Counted from the whole stretch's first letter, positions 1 through 13,939 are shown. The stretch: DNA of 63,703 nt, filler included, from Lenisia limosa (GCA_001655205.1; 9 parts of 9 records of this genome joined end to end with filler, not necessarily neighbours in it), one strand, 5' to 3'. Translations and numbers: made by a program. Notes: generated by a model from the letters alone, not told the origin.

Positions 1-225
1 GTTGCGATTAATTTGTGTGCACTTCTTCAATTTGTTGTGTTCGGCGTACCCCCATCAAGTAAAAAATGATATACCTTGGCCCTCCCTTGGTTACCCCCCC
101 TCCCCATTCCCCAACTTATAAAGCCATTGCACCATTCAACCGAGGGGATTGCAACCCCAAAAAGCCCCAGAAACACCACCTTCCCTTTGCCATGACAAAA
201 ACACACCTATAACTCTTGTGTACCA

Positions 226-3190
226 TTAAAAAATGAATTGGGAAATAAAAATACAGAACCCAAAAAGGATAAGGGTCCAGTTTCTGATGAGTACGAAAGC
301 AGTCAACTCTCCACGAGCCTTAAGCGCCTGAAAAAAATCAAAAGTGGATATGTATACGCCGATGAGGCGCCAAGTTCAAAAAGCAAAAAAAATAACAACT
401 TACCGTACCTACCTGGATATTGACACCAAGTGGTAAAATGAAACAGTAAGACAATCCGCTGAAAGCTCCAACGTATCTGAAAGGTGATGAATGTGACAGG
501 TGTAAAAACTATCCAAACAGTCAAAGAATCGGGAGTTTTTTTTTTTTTTTTTTTTNNNNNNNNNNNNNNNNNNNNNNNNNNNNNNNNNNNNNNNNNNNNN
601 NNNNNNNNNNNNNNNNNNNNNNNNNNNNNNNNNNNNNNNNNNNNNTCAACACCATCTACCTGAGGAGAGTGCCGATATCTGGGAAGAAAATAGAAGAAAG
701 AGTGCATAAAATCATGACAACAACAGCAAGTGCGAACACCTTGAAACGGGAAGGGAACGCTTTCTGTGAAAAGTGAAGAGAATCAACTTGTAGAACGAAT
801 TACGGGGGAGGGTAAAATGTGATGACCTTGAGAAACATACACTATAAAGGACACCGAAGATCTGAGATCTCATAATGAATGCGACAATGGGGAACACCAG
901 GCACAACTAAGTATGGTCAAATGGGGTGCATTGGAAAACTGACACGATTCAACATACCTGAAAGAAAAGGAGAATTCTGGCCACTACCGCCATAGAGTCA
1001 TCAATTGGGAAGGTGTTAAGAATATTCTGTGCAATGTTGGAATCGTCCTTTTGACCAAGGTAGCTAATGTAAAGATAAGTCAGTAGGAATTTTTATTTTG
1101 TAATAATAGTTTGTGGTGAATTAGTGGAAGAACAATGACCCCACTCACCCAATGAAGCCAACAGCACCATATGATACTCCCACAAGAAGGAAAGCGATTC
1201 GAAGATCTCGAGTATTGTTCTAAAGCAAATAAGATTATTGCCCTAGTTTTTGATGATCAAAAAAAGAGGGGGGGGGGGGGGCATGNNNNNNNNNNNNNNN
1301 NNNNNNNNNNNNNNNNNNNNNNNNNNNNNNNNNNNNNNNNNNNNNNNNNNNNNNNNNNNNNNNNNNNNNNNNNNTGGGGATGAGCAAATTATGGACGAAA
1401 AATGACACCAATAGCACGCCACTAAGGAAGACAGCCGTTGAATTGAACGGTTTACATGAATCATCCTTGAGTGGGTTGCGGAGACCTGTGAAATTAATTT
1501 CGACCAAATAAAAAAAATACAATCTTCAAAGTCCACCCCCTCGCTCACCTCCATCAATAGAAGAATAGAAAATGAAGAACAATAGATAGAATAGAGACAC
1601 CACCCCCAAGCTGTTCAGCTTAACAAGAATCTGGAATGTGAGTAGTGGTACGTATGGGAATACTACAATCAACACATAAAAAATAAGCCATTTTCTTGAT
1701 TGATGTGTTCGATCTATCAAGTCTTTTTTGCTTACCTGCATGCTTTTGATGTTGAGGAGGGGGAACAAGAGAGGGATGATGAAGAAAGGGGTAGTGTTCG
1801 AAGTCCACCACGACGCCTCTAAAAGGATGGTAAATATTGGGCAGTTTTAACAATTGATTTTATATATACTATGATCATAGAGTATATATAATAGTCTTGG
1901 CCGATTTGCTCTATGATTTCCCAAGGAAAATCGGTCAAGACTTATCCCGGTCAGTTATACTATACTAATATAATATCGATGTGTACTCCATCACCACCCC
2001 CTCGTACCAGCATTATCAGCGAATTCAAAAGCATACCACCTTCCGAGGGAGAACAATGCCGAAGAAATAATACTGTCAAGCACCAAGACAGCACCTAAGT
2101 TGTTAGTTAACAGCCTCAAAAACAATCTTTTGTATCTTCCACATCATCTGATATTGTTATCCTCATACCAACAAGAACAGTCACCGAGGAGATTGCTGCC
2201 AAAACATAGCCTGACTTTCCAAGATACTTCTTGCATACCTCGTTGAAATCATCATAGTCCTCACTGAAGAAATAAACTTTTGGAAGAAAAGAAAGCTGGA
2301 AAGAAAAACTGAATTGCTACAAATGTGGAAAGGCAAAGTACTACTTCACAGAACTAAGCGCTGCAGCGCTTACGCATGTTTCAAGATGAGCGAGCATGTA
2401 AAGTAACATATGAGGCCCATAACGAAAACCAGGCCAAGTCCTGCCACCCAGCCTGCAACGCTGAAGCCCCACGGCATAGCCAGCAGTGATGTACCCATCA
2501 TTGTTGTCCTGGAAAGTCAACTACATGTTACTGAAAAAAACATCAAGGAGTCAAAAGCCACAAATTAATTAGACTTTCATCATTTGACATGATCATCATA
2601 TTGCTTAAAAAAACAACAACAAAAAAAGTACTCTGATAAAAATATTCCACTGTTATGCGTGAAACTGATTGGAAAAGGACCAAGCACAATTGAAACAATT
2701 TCATTGACAAATGTATACAACCAAGATTTTCCACAAAAAACCAACCAGATAGAGAAAATGGTTTGTATTGAAGACGACTTCTTTTCTTTGGAGGCAAACG
2801 GAAGGAAGAGATGGGCAGGAAGAATGTGCTCAGGCATAATAAGGCCGCTAGAAAACGTGAACATGATAGCTTCTCGCAATGAACTGAAACCCTCCCAATG
2901 CGCAAATTCCCAGCTCATTTCATGATAATATCAGTAATTCCTCTTACACTTGAGGGAACTGCTGCGTGAGCTTGTTGAAGTAGTTTACCCTGTTGTAGGG
3001 ATCGTCTCCCCTTCGCGGTTTAAACGGCTTCCTCGGCGCATCTATGAATAGGTTATATTTTTACTTTAAAACACCAACCGGAACCAGGCGAAGAGGCACG
3101 AGGCGGTGCAGCAACATCATTTGTAGACTCACTCAGGAGTGGCGTTTTCTCATTGTCAAGAGGAGGGCTAGGTGTCTCTGATCGTACCAT
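226..3190 (-). CDS. SLC38A9: SLC38A9-like lysosomal amino-acid transporter/sensor, multi-exon, apparently complete
   Basis: Spliced minus-strand exons read MVRSETPSPPLDNEKTPLL..., RKPFKPRRGDDPYNRVNYFNKLTQ, IMPEHILPAH...SIQTIFSIW, TMMGTSLLAMPWGFSVAGW, DFNEVCKKYLG, GVLLVSFFVHNLLIP, NNTRDLRIAFLLV, AQNILNTFPIDDSMAVVARILLFFQ, FPDIGTLLRYVGAFSGLSYCFILP, ...FISQFIF*. They are collinear with remembered SLC38A9 motifs (IFMIWNTMMGTS, LAFFIHN, NNVRDL, YPNIGGIIRYSGA). ATG at 3188-3190, TAA at 226-228. Confidence 0.9.
1893..1956. mobile_element. Family B MITE, partial copy (in SLC38A9 intron)
   Basis: gtcttggccgattt...aaatcggtcaagacttatcccggtca matches the TIRs of the intact copy at 55416. Confidence 0.75.
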
Positions 3191-3562
3191 ATTGCTTCCA
3201 GTTAAGCAATTTGGTTCATCAGACGAGATAAATCTGTTTGTTTCGTGTCAGAAACCCAATAAATGCAAAATGGTTCAATTCAATAAAACAAATATCAAAA
3301 TGTTAGCTGCAGTTCAGTCATATATTTATGATGAGGGGCAAAAGAATTTCAGAGTTTCGCATTCAATGATCCTGATGATCAACTTCAATATAAAATTTAG
3401 GTGGTTGGATACAAATTGTACGAATACTTACTGTATTAATAAGTATTTACAATATTATTATAAATAAAGCCATAGAATCAAGAAAAACCCTTTTGGAATT
3501 GTACTTTGACACACAACTTTCCGACTGCATTGCGGCTGAAGCTGTAAGCTTCTAAATGAGAT

Positions 3563-6500
3563 ATGGCTAGGCAGAATACAGCATTTAAGCGAGCAGCCAA
3601 TGCTGCTGTTGCCTCCAGATCAGGAACTGCAGCATCTCGAACATCTACGGCACCAGAGAGGGTAACCACTGCTGATAGCAATGTAGATCTTGAAAATGAA
3701 CGACTTGGAACGGGAAGTCGTCCTTCTACCAAGGCCAATCGATTAGGTAAACTTTTCGCCACTTGAAGTTGAAACCCATTTGTCCATCTCGCCACCCTCT
3801 ACCCACCAATCTGAGAATAATTTTACATAATTATGATTATTATGAATCAATAGAAGACTCTGTGGTATCTCCTTCGATGTATCTTGATTGCTACTGTCAT
3901 TGTGCAATCGACAATGTCCATGCATGTGACAGGTTATAGCTGTCAATTTATAACTGTTCTACAATATTTTCATTTAATGTTTGGATTTATCCCAGAGTAT
4001 ATTGTTTTCCTTGGTTAATTGGGATGAAACGACCCATCTTGACGCCCAACTCACTCTCTTCAGCCACTGGTCGATCTCGAGGCAGAACAGCCAGTGTGAG
4101 AAACGCAGAAGCAACTCCAACTCCAGTGAGTGAGTGTTTTTCGGAGAATGGGTTTTTTTATAATGGGCCTCATACTGATTACCTGGTGGTTCGTCTCACA
4201 TAACAGGGTGCTCCTGATGAAAATGGGCTGTATGCGGAGCAAAACAACTCTCCAAACCAAGTTTTGAAGGTATCTTATACCAAGCTTTGTTAGTATATAT
4301 AACCCAAGTATAGCAGTCAGTAATTAACCATTTTAGAAGCCAAGGCGCCATTTGGTTTGTGTGACCTTTATCTGGTGCTGGCTGCTGTGCATTCTCGGTA
4401 AGATTTGAATATTATTTTGTATTTACCTCTCTTTCTCTGATTTTTTTATGACGTTCATACAACCCTACATTCCATTTGGTTATATCCAATTGACACTATT
4501 CAGCTGCAGTGCTCTACATTCAGCTTGTTTTGAGTGTTGTGATGACCACTCGTGTACATAGAGGCGTTCTTCTGATCACAGACTCGGCATCATCTGTTGC
4601 GGAAAAGGTTTGTGTTTCAGTGTGACATCAGCCTTCTCCATACCCATTTCTCATACTCCGCAGTACCTCGTCGACAATGACATGACATATACTCTTTGCA
4701 ACCCTTTCAAAACAGACTGTCAGGAGTACCTCCTGACTCTCGCTACTTATGATATTGAAAATGAAAGCGGAGAAGTGATCTCAGGAGGTATCAGTTTTTT
4801 TTAGTAGCCCAACTGATAATATTGTTTTTCAATCATAAAACACCTTATCCTTTTAGAATCTTCACTGACTGGTGTTTACGACTCGATTCTTCAGAATGAC
4901 CAGATTACACCTGGTACCTACAAACCGCTTTACCCACTCTCAGTTGAACATGATGTATGCTTCTTGAGTGTGTCTCTCACATACCGTTTATAACTATTAA
5001 AATGCTCTGCGTAACCTCCACTTATTCTACAGACCTTTATTGTGAGTATTACGACGGACCCCTTTTCTGGTGATGTTGGAGAGGCACCTGAATCCTTCCG
5101 AACAGCCATAGGATCAATAAGGCAACTAATGAAACCAGTCCTAAATGAACAACTTACATGTCTGATGGTGATTCACTTTTTTGAACAACTGCTAAAGTCA
5201 TTGATCATTTTACTCTTTTTAGACCAACTCAAGCTGATTGTCATTGGAGATAATCCTAACTTCTCAACCGATATGAATACCAATTACGAACCCCCCTTTG
5301 TATGTTATGATTTTAGAGTTGCTGCTGATTAAGGTAAAACACATAATTATCAGTTTTCTTTTGGAAATGAGGGTTTATTGACTCGTTAGGATGGAGGAAC
5401 GCAGATAGGAAAATATGGCCTTGTCCAACTGATGACACAGCCATTTGCAGCTCTCACTTACTCTGCCTCCGTTTTGGGTAAGTGTGGGCTATTTTTACTT
5501 AACATTCTGGAGAGAGCTGTAATACTGGGCTACAACATTGAGGGTTTCTCATGTCATTATTGAAATGTTTTCGTGGGAAAGTGCTAACTCATTTAGCTTA
5601 CAACCTTCCTTACCGATGGAACCTTGACAATTCATTGTTTCCGATGTATTACAGGTATGACTTCTTGTTCAAATAATAGAGATGCGTATAACTTTCCTTA
5701 TCGTATTGTTATTTAACCATAATAATATATCACATTATATCTTATGCTGTGTGCACAGAGTTGTAAGGAAGATTATTTGGTGAATAAATACTACAATTCA
5801 ACATCTCTTATAAGCGTGATTGTGTTGTTGGCTTCGGCTAGCTACAACCTTTTTTTTTATTTGTCATCTCGATAACTATCTGATAGATAGTAATATTATA
5901 TTATGTAGTAGCTATTGTATGATAAAAGTAGACTTATCATTTGTTTATTATTTCATCAACAACAGGTTAATTGATACGAGAAATGAAGCAATGTTTCCGG
6001 ATCAACTTGCAATAGGGCTGACAATTGAAGAACCCATTATGACTAATGGTATTTGGAAGGTTCCAGTTCATTTTCAGCTTGTTTTCTAGTCCTCTAATGT
6101 GAACAGGTGATGGAATGCCACTATTCAGTTACGGTACTAACGGCATGGGAATCGAAGCCTTCCATATTAACATTTATGGAGACTATAGCATTTGGAATGG
6201 CCATGTATGATGGATGAGTTAATGTTCTACCCCTTTTTGATATTTATTTTTGATATTTATTTGTTTACATTTACCTTTTGCCGTTCCCCATTTTATGGCA
6301 CAGGTGGCTGACTACTCCCTGGTTACTCGCTTCCTTGACAACGCTTTGTCCTACCCTGCCAAGTCCAAGGTTTGTTTCGAAAGAGGGGGGGGGGGTATTT
6401 TAATTATAATTCCCCCAGACGCTACCCAACATTTTTGAGGTTGCTGCGCGCAGAGATACTAGCCAAAGACGTTCAATCTACTCGGAGTTGGCACATGTTT

Positions 6501-7752
6501 GTGGGTTTCTGAGTATATGTCGAAGTTGTAGGTATATCACGTTTTTAGGAAATGGAAGTGTCACGAGCAACGCGGGCGTCCACTTGCTCCTATTGCAATC
6601 TTAATCACGCCACATGTGTCAGTGGTGTCTGTGTCTGTAATCCTGGTAGGAAAGGGAATATATGCATTGTATTATCAATATTTACAATCTACCCCTTTGT
6701 TGGTATTTTGTTTATTTCTGAAACTTGTTCCAAACATCATTTATAAGGCTACCGTGGAGAGGACTGTTCGCTGGCTAACGTGGCAATTGCGTTTCTCATC
6801 CATCACTCCCCAGTAACTTCAGCCTTGGGTATGTGGGAGAGGAGAGTTTGGCGTAATGGCTTTATAATCGCGTTGCTTTCTTATACGCCATTGTACCACT
6901 CCCAAGTAACGTTGCAGACGATGCTGGTATTCCATATGACCTCTTTGACTGCCGTGGCCGAATGGGGTTCATCCCAGGCACCCTGGATAACCTACCGCTT
7001 GATGGCTATAAGACGATGATATTTATTCTGGGTAGGAGACAGTCATTTTATTCATTCATTTTCATGATAAATACACGTGTTACATTTGCAGAAAAGGATA
7101 CAGGCTCCAATATCGAGCAGGATCAGACATTTGTGCACGACATCAATAGCTTCGTTTCGTCAGGAGATCGGACAGTCAAAGTGATCACATTCTCAATGAG
7201 CAGTGGGTGGCAAAACTGTTTTTTGTTTTGTTTTGTTTTTTTTCTTTCTTTTTTTTTTTTTTTTGNNNNNNNNNNNNNNNNNNNNNNNNNNNNNNNNNNN
7301 NNNNNNNNNNNNNNNNNNNNNNNNNNNNNNNNNNNNNNNNNNNNNNNNNNNNNNNNNNNNNNNNNNNNNNNNNNNNNNNNNNNNNNNNNNNNNNNNNNNN
7401 GTCCTAGTCTCCAATTGAATTCTTCTCTTTGAAAAACATTCTTAGACTCATTGTGTATTAACCAATAATACTCCAGTTTGCTTCAAGTCGCATGGTCCTG
7501 GATGACCATCCCCTAAGTAGTGGTATTGTGACCGACTGGACCTTCATTGAAGGGCTTGAAGAGTTTTGCCACCCCTCATGGGATAGAATGTACCCTGCAT
7601 TTTCCGATACTAATGGGCCTGTTCTAGCTGGTGTTTCGTACTCTTTTAATGCGAATGGGGTAGGTTCAAAACATCATATCTTTGGTTCTATGTGAATCAC
7701 GTCATATTACTTTTTGTTTTCACTAGCTATACCCCCCACACACACACACTCG

Positions 7753-7795
<43 letters not shown>

Positions 7796-10700
7796 GGAGT
7801 AATTGAATGCGGATAATATTGGGGTGTTTGTTGTTGATTGTCCTTACAGATGTAACTCCCCACAGACAGGTCCACCATGGCTGTTCTTCTCGCTGTATCC
7901 CACAGAAGCTACGATTTACTCTGATTCCCATATGGTGTCTACAATTACGCAGTTCACTACTAACGCTATGCTGTTCTGCCCTAAAGGTGGGTGGTAGGTA
8001 AGACCCGTATCCCCTCCCCCAAAAAAGTCTTTCATATCATACTAAATATTTCTGTATGTATGTATGTGGGGAGGGGGGGTAGAGATATTCCCGTTTTACT
8101 GGAATGGTTTGTTTTTTAAAAAAACACCATATTTTTACCCCCCCCCCCCCNNNNNNNNNNNNNNNNNNNNNNNNNNNNNNNNNNNNNNNNNNNNNNNNNN
8201 NNNNNNNNNNNNNNNNNNNNNNNNNNNNNNNNNNNNNNAGCCTGTGAACCTGGCACGGAGTTTGTTGCTGGTGGACCAGAATACGATGGATGTGAGGAGG
8301 GGTGATAGTTAATGGAGTTATTTTGTTGATGAAAGAACCAACTGTCCAGTTTTCAATACGGGGAGTTGCCAACCTTGTATTGCCGGGACGTATTCACCCG
8401 GCACTGTTGGCGGCGTTGTCGGTACTTGTACTAATTGCCAAGCGAATGAGTAGGTTACTGTACAGATTTCTATTTATGCTATCTTATTTGATCCAATCTG
8501 TTACTAAACTTATCTCACCCCCCCTTTTTATAATAGAAAAGAAGTATTTTACTCCCCCTCCCCACCAGGTACTCTCCTGATGCGGCGCCGTCATGTCTGA
8601 AATGCACTGAGGGACGCACCCCGGGTGTGGGCTCGGCCGTCTGTGCGGCCTCCATCTGCGGACAGGGTGCCGAATGGTCGGGCACGCAGTGCAACATCTG
8701 TCAAGCTGGTAGGTCATATCCATTTTGTCCAAATCCGGTGTCTAGCATATACAGCCAGAGGTCTAATACAAACTTTTTGTTTTTGTATATCATTTACATA
8801 GTATACTATATCCCGTGTTACTCTACAGGAACCTTTGCCACCGGGCTCTCTGGAGGCCTGACATGCGAAGCCTGTGCGGAGGGACTTGCTTCCGATGTTG
8901 GAGCTAATGAATGTCTGCCGTGTGCGGCAGGACAAGAGCTCTACCTTGCTGGTGGGGAGGGGGACAGGACAGTCTTTTTCTGCTCTCTGTACTTTGTTAG
9001 ATACAGCTTCTGAAGTTCAGTCTCAAATTTTCCCGCATTACTCCCCCCGCAGCAACGTGTCGAGACTGCAGCATCGGATATTATAGTCCTAGTGCGGGTT
9101 CTGCATGTGTGGAGTGTCCTGTTGGGCAGATATGCCCGGAGGCTCGCACAGAGACACCAAGCAGCTGTCCCGCTGGACAATACGCCAAAACTGGAGGTTT
9201 CTGTAGGTCCTGTTCTAATTTGCTTAATGTTATGCTTCTTCGACAAATGATGTGAACTGTTTGATTGCTACCTGTGTAACCAGTTATCAACACACAATTC
9301 ATTAACACGCAGCTTGCGCGGTATGCGGCCTTGGTACGTATTCCGAAGTAGATTCGTCATCGTGTTCGCAATGCCCTTCAGGTATGAGGGACGAATGGGT
9401 GTGTTCGGTATCAATTTTGTTTTGCCAAATAGATAAGTAGAAACATTATTAGTATTGCTCATGAATTGCATCGGTATTGTTGACGGCTTATCTAGATCAT
9501 CTTATTGTCAGAACTGGCCATTGATCGAATTAGGTAGTTACTCAAGCACAGAAGAAAGCTCTCAGTGCATCGAATGCCCAGCTGGGCAGTATAGCAGTTC
9601 TGTTGGTGCGACAGAGTGTTCGGACTGCCCTTACCCTGAGAACTGCCTTGGTGGCATGGAGTGCGGTGATGGCTACACTGGACGTGGGGGGGGGGGTNNN
9701 NNNNNNNNNNNNNNNNNNNNNNNNNNNNNNNNNNNNNNNNNNNNNNNNNNNNNNNNNNNNNNNNNNNNNNNNNNNNNNNNTTAGTTCCTTTAAAACTTAT
9801 TTCTAGCCCTTTGTGGAAAATGTGACACTGGATACTACAAACTGAGCAGTAGCTGCAACAAGTGTCCGGATATCCCCTGGAACATTATCATTCTTGGTAG
9901 GGACTTTTTTTGACAGTTGACTCGTTATTTCCTTCTAACAATGTAGTTATCCTGGCAATTTTGGTCCTCATCATCGTAATGAAACTTGGCCTCTCACCCA
10001 CGACCCTCACGAGAATCAAACTCCTTGTTGATCACTTCCAAACTCTGGCAATCACAATTAGTATTGCTGTCGAATGGTGGGGTTTTGCAAGACTCATCTC
10101 CTTAGGCCCTCAATGTTTACCAAGTTCCTAAGTTATCTTCAACTCTTTGTCCTCGACTCTTCTATAGCATCCCCCGAATGTTTTGTATCGGATTTCAGCT
10201 GGTTGGTTTCTCTTGAATACGATTTACTTTGATGTAACCTGTTCTTAACCACCAAGGTATAAGTCATTGGCGATGAACCTTCTCCTCCCATTTGTTGTTG
10301 TCTTAATAGCCTACACCCTGGCTAAAATTCTGAAGATCTCCTCTTGGTTTGCCCTTTCTCGCTTCTGCTTCCTTTTACAATTTTCACTTAGTACTAATTG
10401 TATTTATCTTGCATGTCTAACTTCTTTCTTTGGTGTTCACGATTCAGGTGTATTATGCGGAAAGTCAAACCCGGAATCGAAAAAGAGGTACGATGCTTGA
10501 TCCATCCATATCCTCCATTACTGAGGAACCCGACAAGCATTGTTGTATCTAAGGTCTGACAAAATAGCAAGTTGAGATTCTTCGAGACAAAAGCAAGGCC
10601 AATGAGTTCCGCCGTGCCAATGTTCGGCGTATCACGCTTTTCCTTCTCACTACTCTCTACATCCCTATTGCTACGAAGGTAGGAGACAAGAGTGTAGCTG

Positions 10701-13116
10701 CCTGTATAACCTGTTCCCTCTCGTGTCTTAAATATTAAACCGATATTTCATATGTTTAAATCAACCCGCACCCCCCTGACACATCAGCTCTTTGAAGCCT
10801 TCGACTGTACTCGGAAAGCTGATGGTGAACTTTCTCTCAGAACGGACACCACAGTGGACTGCTCCAGCCGAACACACCAAGCTCTTCTTCTTGTTCTTGC
10901 CAACTTACTGGGCATTCTCGTTATTGGAGGGCCGTTCTACCTAATCTCAGTAGGACTATTGCTGTCTTGTTGTCTAAAACCTTGATTCCCTCTCATACAA
11001 CTGCAGTTTTTAGCTACTCTCAAAAGAAAGGGGCTTCTCCTTTCCGAATACGCTCTCTCGAGATTTGGAGTTCTCTATGAAACTTACAACTCTCGTTTCA
11101 TACATATGGAGGCCTTTATAATGCTGAGGAAAGTCGCTCAGGTTAGCAATTGTTGTCTATTGACCCCATGGAATTCCTCTTCTTCATCGTAATGACCCTT
11201 AGATTCTTGTTGTCATTATCATGTCAAGCAACACGCTGCTCCAAATTATCGGTTGCCTTGTTATTGTGTTCTTCTACACCATTCTCCTGAGTATGTCAGT
11301 GTAATCATTCCTTCCCCCCGGGAAATCGGACATCTCAATGCTACATTTTCCTGCTGGTTTCATATTTTTAGTTTGGCGAAGGCCCTACGCTGCTGTGGCT
11401 GGCAAGCTCTTTTGCTGCCAGATTGATTTGTTTAACTTCTTGGCATCGCTCTCAGCTTTCATTAATTTGCTAAATCTTCTCTTTGCCTTGCGTAAGTGGA
11501 GGGTGTGATGTTTCCAAGTTAAGTGTTTGTAATCTATATAGTTACGTACACGGGGGAGCGCGATATGTCACAATACGGTCCTGTACTTGTGTTCCTCAAC
11601 GCCATCGTAATTTTGGCCATTGTCTTTATCACCACTAAGAAGTTCTCAATTCTAAAGAGAAAGGTGAGAACAGAACATAGTATATCTAAGTTTCCCATTT
11701 ATGGTATTTCCTTACAGTAAAATAACATATGATAGCATTCATCATTTCCTATCAGCATGACACTGGACCCGAAACGGAGAAGACGGTACCGGCCGGAGTG
11801 GGCGTAATGGGTGCTGCTGTCGCTTCATCGAAGTTCAAAAAGAAGAGTAAAAGTGGGGGGGGGGGGGNNNNNNNNNNNNNNNNNNNNNNNNNNNNNNNNN
11901 NNNNNNNNNNNNNNNNNNNNNNNNNNNNNNNNNNNNNNNNNNNCTTCCCGTTGAATAGATTCATTGCTTTGAAGCGGTTTAATTGCAATGGTGTTGCTAG
12001 ACTTATTGACCATTTTAGAATACGAGGATGATGACTCAGAATATGAAGAAGACATTGTGAGGGGGGTGTTGCCTTTGGGGGATTTATTTATTCTTTTTTA
12101 TTATTTACAAACCTTGTTCAATCACATTGTACTGCAACTGGTAACTCGTTTCCTCTATAGGAAGAAGGAAGTGACTCAGATGGCGAAGTCATCCGAAAAA
12201 GGAGACGACGCAGAAAGAAGAGGGTCCAACCCATTAATGACGTGAGAGAACATTCCACCCCTTCCCTCTCGCGCTTTTTTTTTTCTCCTTGAGTTGATTT
12301 TGATTTTCTAGACGGAGTTGAGGGAAATTGACATAGAAACCCCCATAAATGAGGAAGAGAATGATAGTGATGTTGTACCCCTTACAAAAGTAGGTTCAAC
12401 ACTTATGTTGTTCCGGTTATATTCATAGTCTGGTTCTGGTTCTTCTCTGATCATATTTAATATGGGTTTCACCGCCTTATTCTCCAGGCTCAGAAGAAGC
12501 GAGAAGCAGTTATGGCCAAAGAGCTGGCTAAACAGGAACATTTAGAAGCCAAAGCCGCTGCCAAGAAGGCAGCAGAAGAGGCAAAGCTTGCGAAAAAGAA
12601 CCAGAAGAAAGAATTGAAAGTGAGGGGGGCTGATGCAACAAGCGATCTCTGTCGTCGTGTTTTTACATTTCTTAGGTGACCGTTCGTCAACGTGAGAGAA
12701 TTCACAAATTCGATGAACTACAAGAGCTCATTTGGCAACAGGTGTGCGGTTATTCATTTGGCTTTACTGGCGATGATGACTTGTAACTTGGACAGGTGCA
12801 AAACGGAGATGGTGTCGCAGTCAGAGAGTCAGAAATCGGACTTCACAAGGTGAGTGATATTGATAACGATGGTATTTCTCATCGCTTAGGCTCGAGGCGC
12901 TATTTTAGCCGACATCAATGACAAAAGACTATTTGCTTCAAAAGCTCAAAATGCGTATGAATAGGGGAGTGCATTTGAGGACACTGACAAATCCATCGTC
13001 AACACTAACATTGTATACAGGGATCTTCTCTCGGAAGTTTCAAAAGACATCCTTGAGTTCCAGGCGCCCACCGCATTACTCGACCACAGAGAAGCTGTTC
13101 AGCAGATCATGCTTGA
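3563..13116 (+). CDS. Very large membrane protein: N-terminal low-complexity region and hydrophobic anchor, ectodomain with EGF-like and GCC2/GCC3 (ephrin-receptor-like) Cys repeats, ~7-TM block, charged C-terminal tail; 3' end runs into a gap
   Basis: GT-AG exons join in frame: KPRRHLVCVTFIWCWLLCIL/AAVLYIQLVLSVV; EGF CSYCNLNHATCVSGVCVCNP/GYRGEDC (6580-6770); repeats SCQPCIAGTYSPG, CEACAEGLASDVGANECLPCAAGQ, CIECPAGQYSSSVGATECSDCP (8240-9680); CGKCDTGYY; TM block LLVDHFQTLAI...W/PSMF...PECF, LFEAFDC...LRTDTTVDCS, RFGVLYETYNSRFIHMEAFIMLRK (9940-11660); tail EYEDDDSEYEED, EAKAAAKKAAEEAKLAKK. The start codon is tentative. Confidence 0.8.
5749..5849 (+). repeat. Family C interspersed repeat (intronic)
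   Basis: gtgcacagagttgtaagg...tctcttataagcgtgat...ggcttcggctag aligns by eye with the copies at 16477 and 36626. Confidence 0.7.
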
Positions 13117-13160
13117 NNNNNNNNNNNNNNNNNNNNNNNNNNNNNNNNNNNNNNNNNNNN

Positions 13161-13172
13161 TTAATTAATTAA
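13161..13172. other. Artificial contig linker TTAATTAATTAA inside N runs (also 19927, 21694, 52179, 54515, 59289, 60508, 62337)
   Basis: Identical palindromic 12-mer giving stops in all six frames, always centred between N blocks, eight times. Confidence 0.97.
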
Positions 13173-13939
13173 NNNNNNNNNNNNNNNNNNNNNNNNNNNN
13201 NNNNNNNNNNNNNNNNTGGGTTCAATCTCCTCCGATCGTATTACCGTTCCTATATTATCATCATGGAACATTTCATATGGTGTCATACATACACAAATAA
13301 AAATATGTACATTTTTCTAAAGATTCTAAATCCTCAGGCCTAATAGTCATGTGTTATTTACTATCCTTTGAAAATTCAAGTAATCAACCTAATGATATTG
13401 TTGTGGGGACTTTTTTTTAGCGGACAACAACGTGCGTGACTTAGTTATATTCAAGTACTCCTGTTTCCCTTTGGGTCATTACACTAGATGCCATATTCAC
13501 AACTTTGGACTGGTTTGCTGAGTGTCGTTTTCTTTAGTTTATTTGTAGAGAAATGGCTTATTTTCACAGCCGCGCCGACCAGGGACACTAACTACTGACC
13601 CCACCCGGAACGATTTGAAGAGGGATGCTTGAGCACTTTTAAGCACGATTATTGGAGTATTAAAATTATACTGCGCGATTGGGCTCTCGCGGAGCACCAG
13701 TAAGCAGGATAAAACTCAAAAAGTTCTCCCGGTTGCGACTCCCCACCACCACTCTCCGCAGATAATTAATTACATTCACGTCAATATTGAGCGAGAGAGC
13801 GGTTTGGAAAAAGTATGAGATTATTTTCAAATTCATTTTCGGAAATTTGAATCAGAAACCTGCAAACTGTCTAAAAAAGAAAAGAAAAAATGAAGAAAGA
13901 AAAAGAACAAAGAGAATAACAAAAACAAAGTCAAAAAGA

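Noticed and set aside
13217-13245. B-box-like gggttcaatctc at contig start (tRNA 3' end?)
   Set aside because: Only a few bases are visible beside the gap; no cloverleaf can be built.
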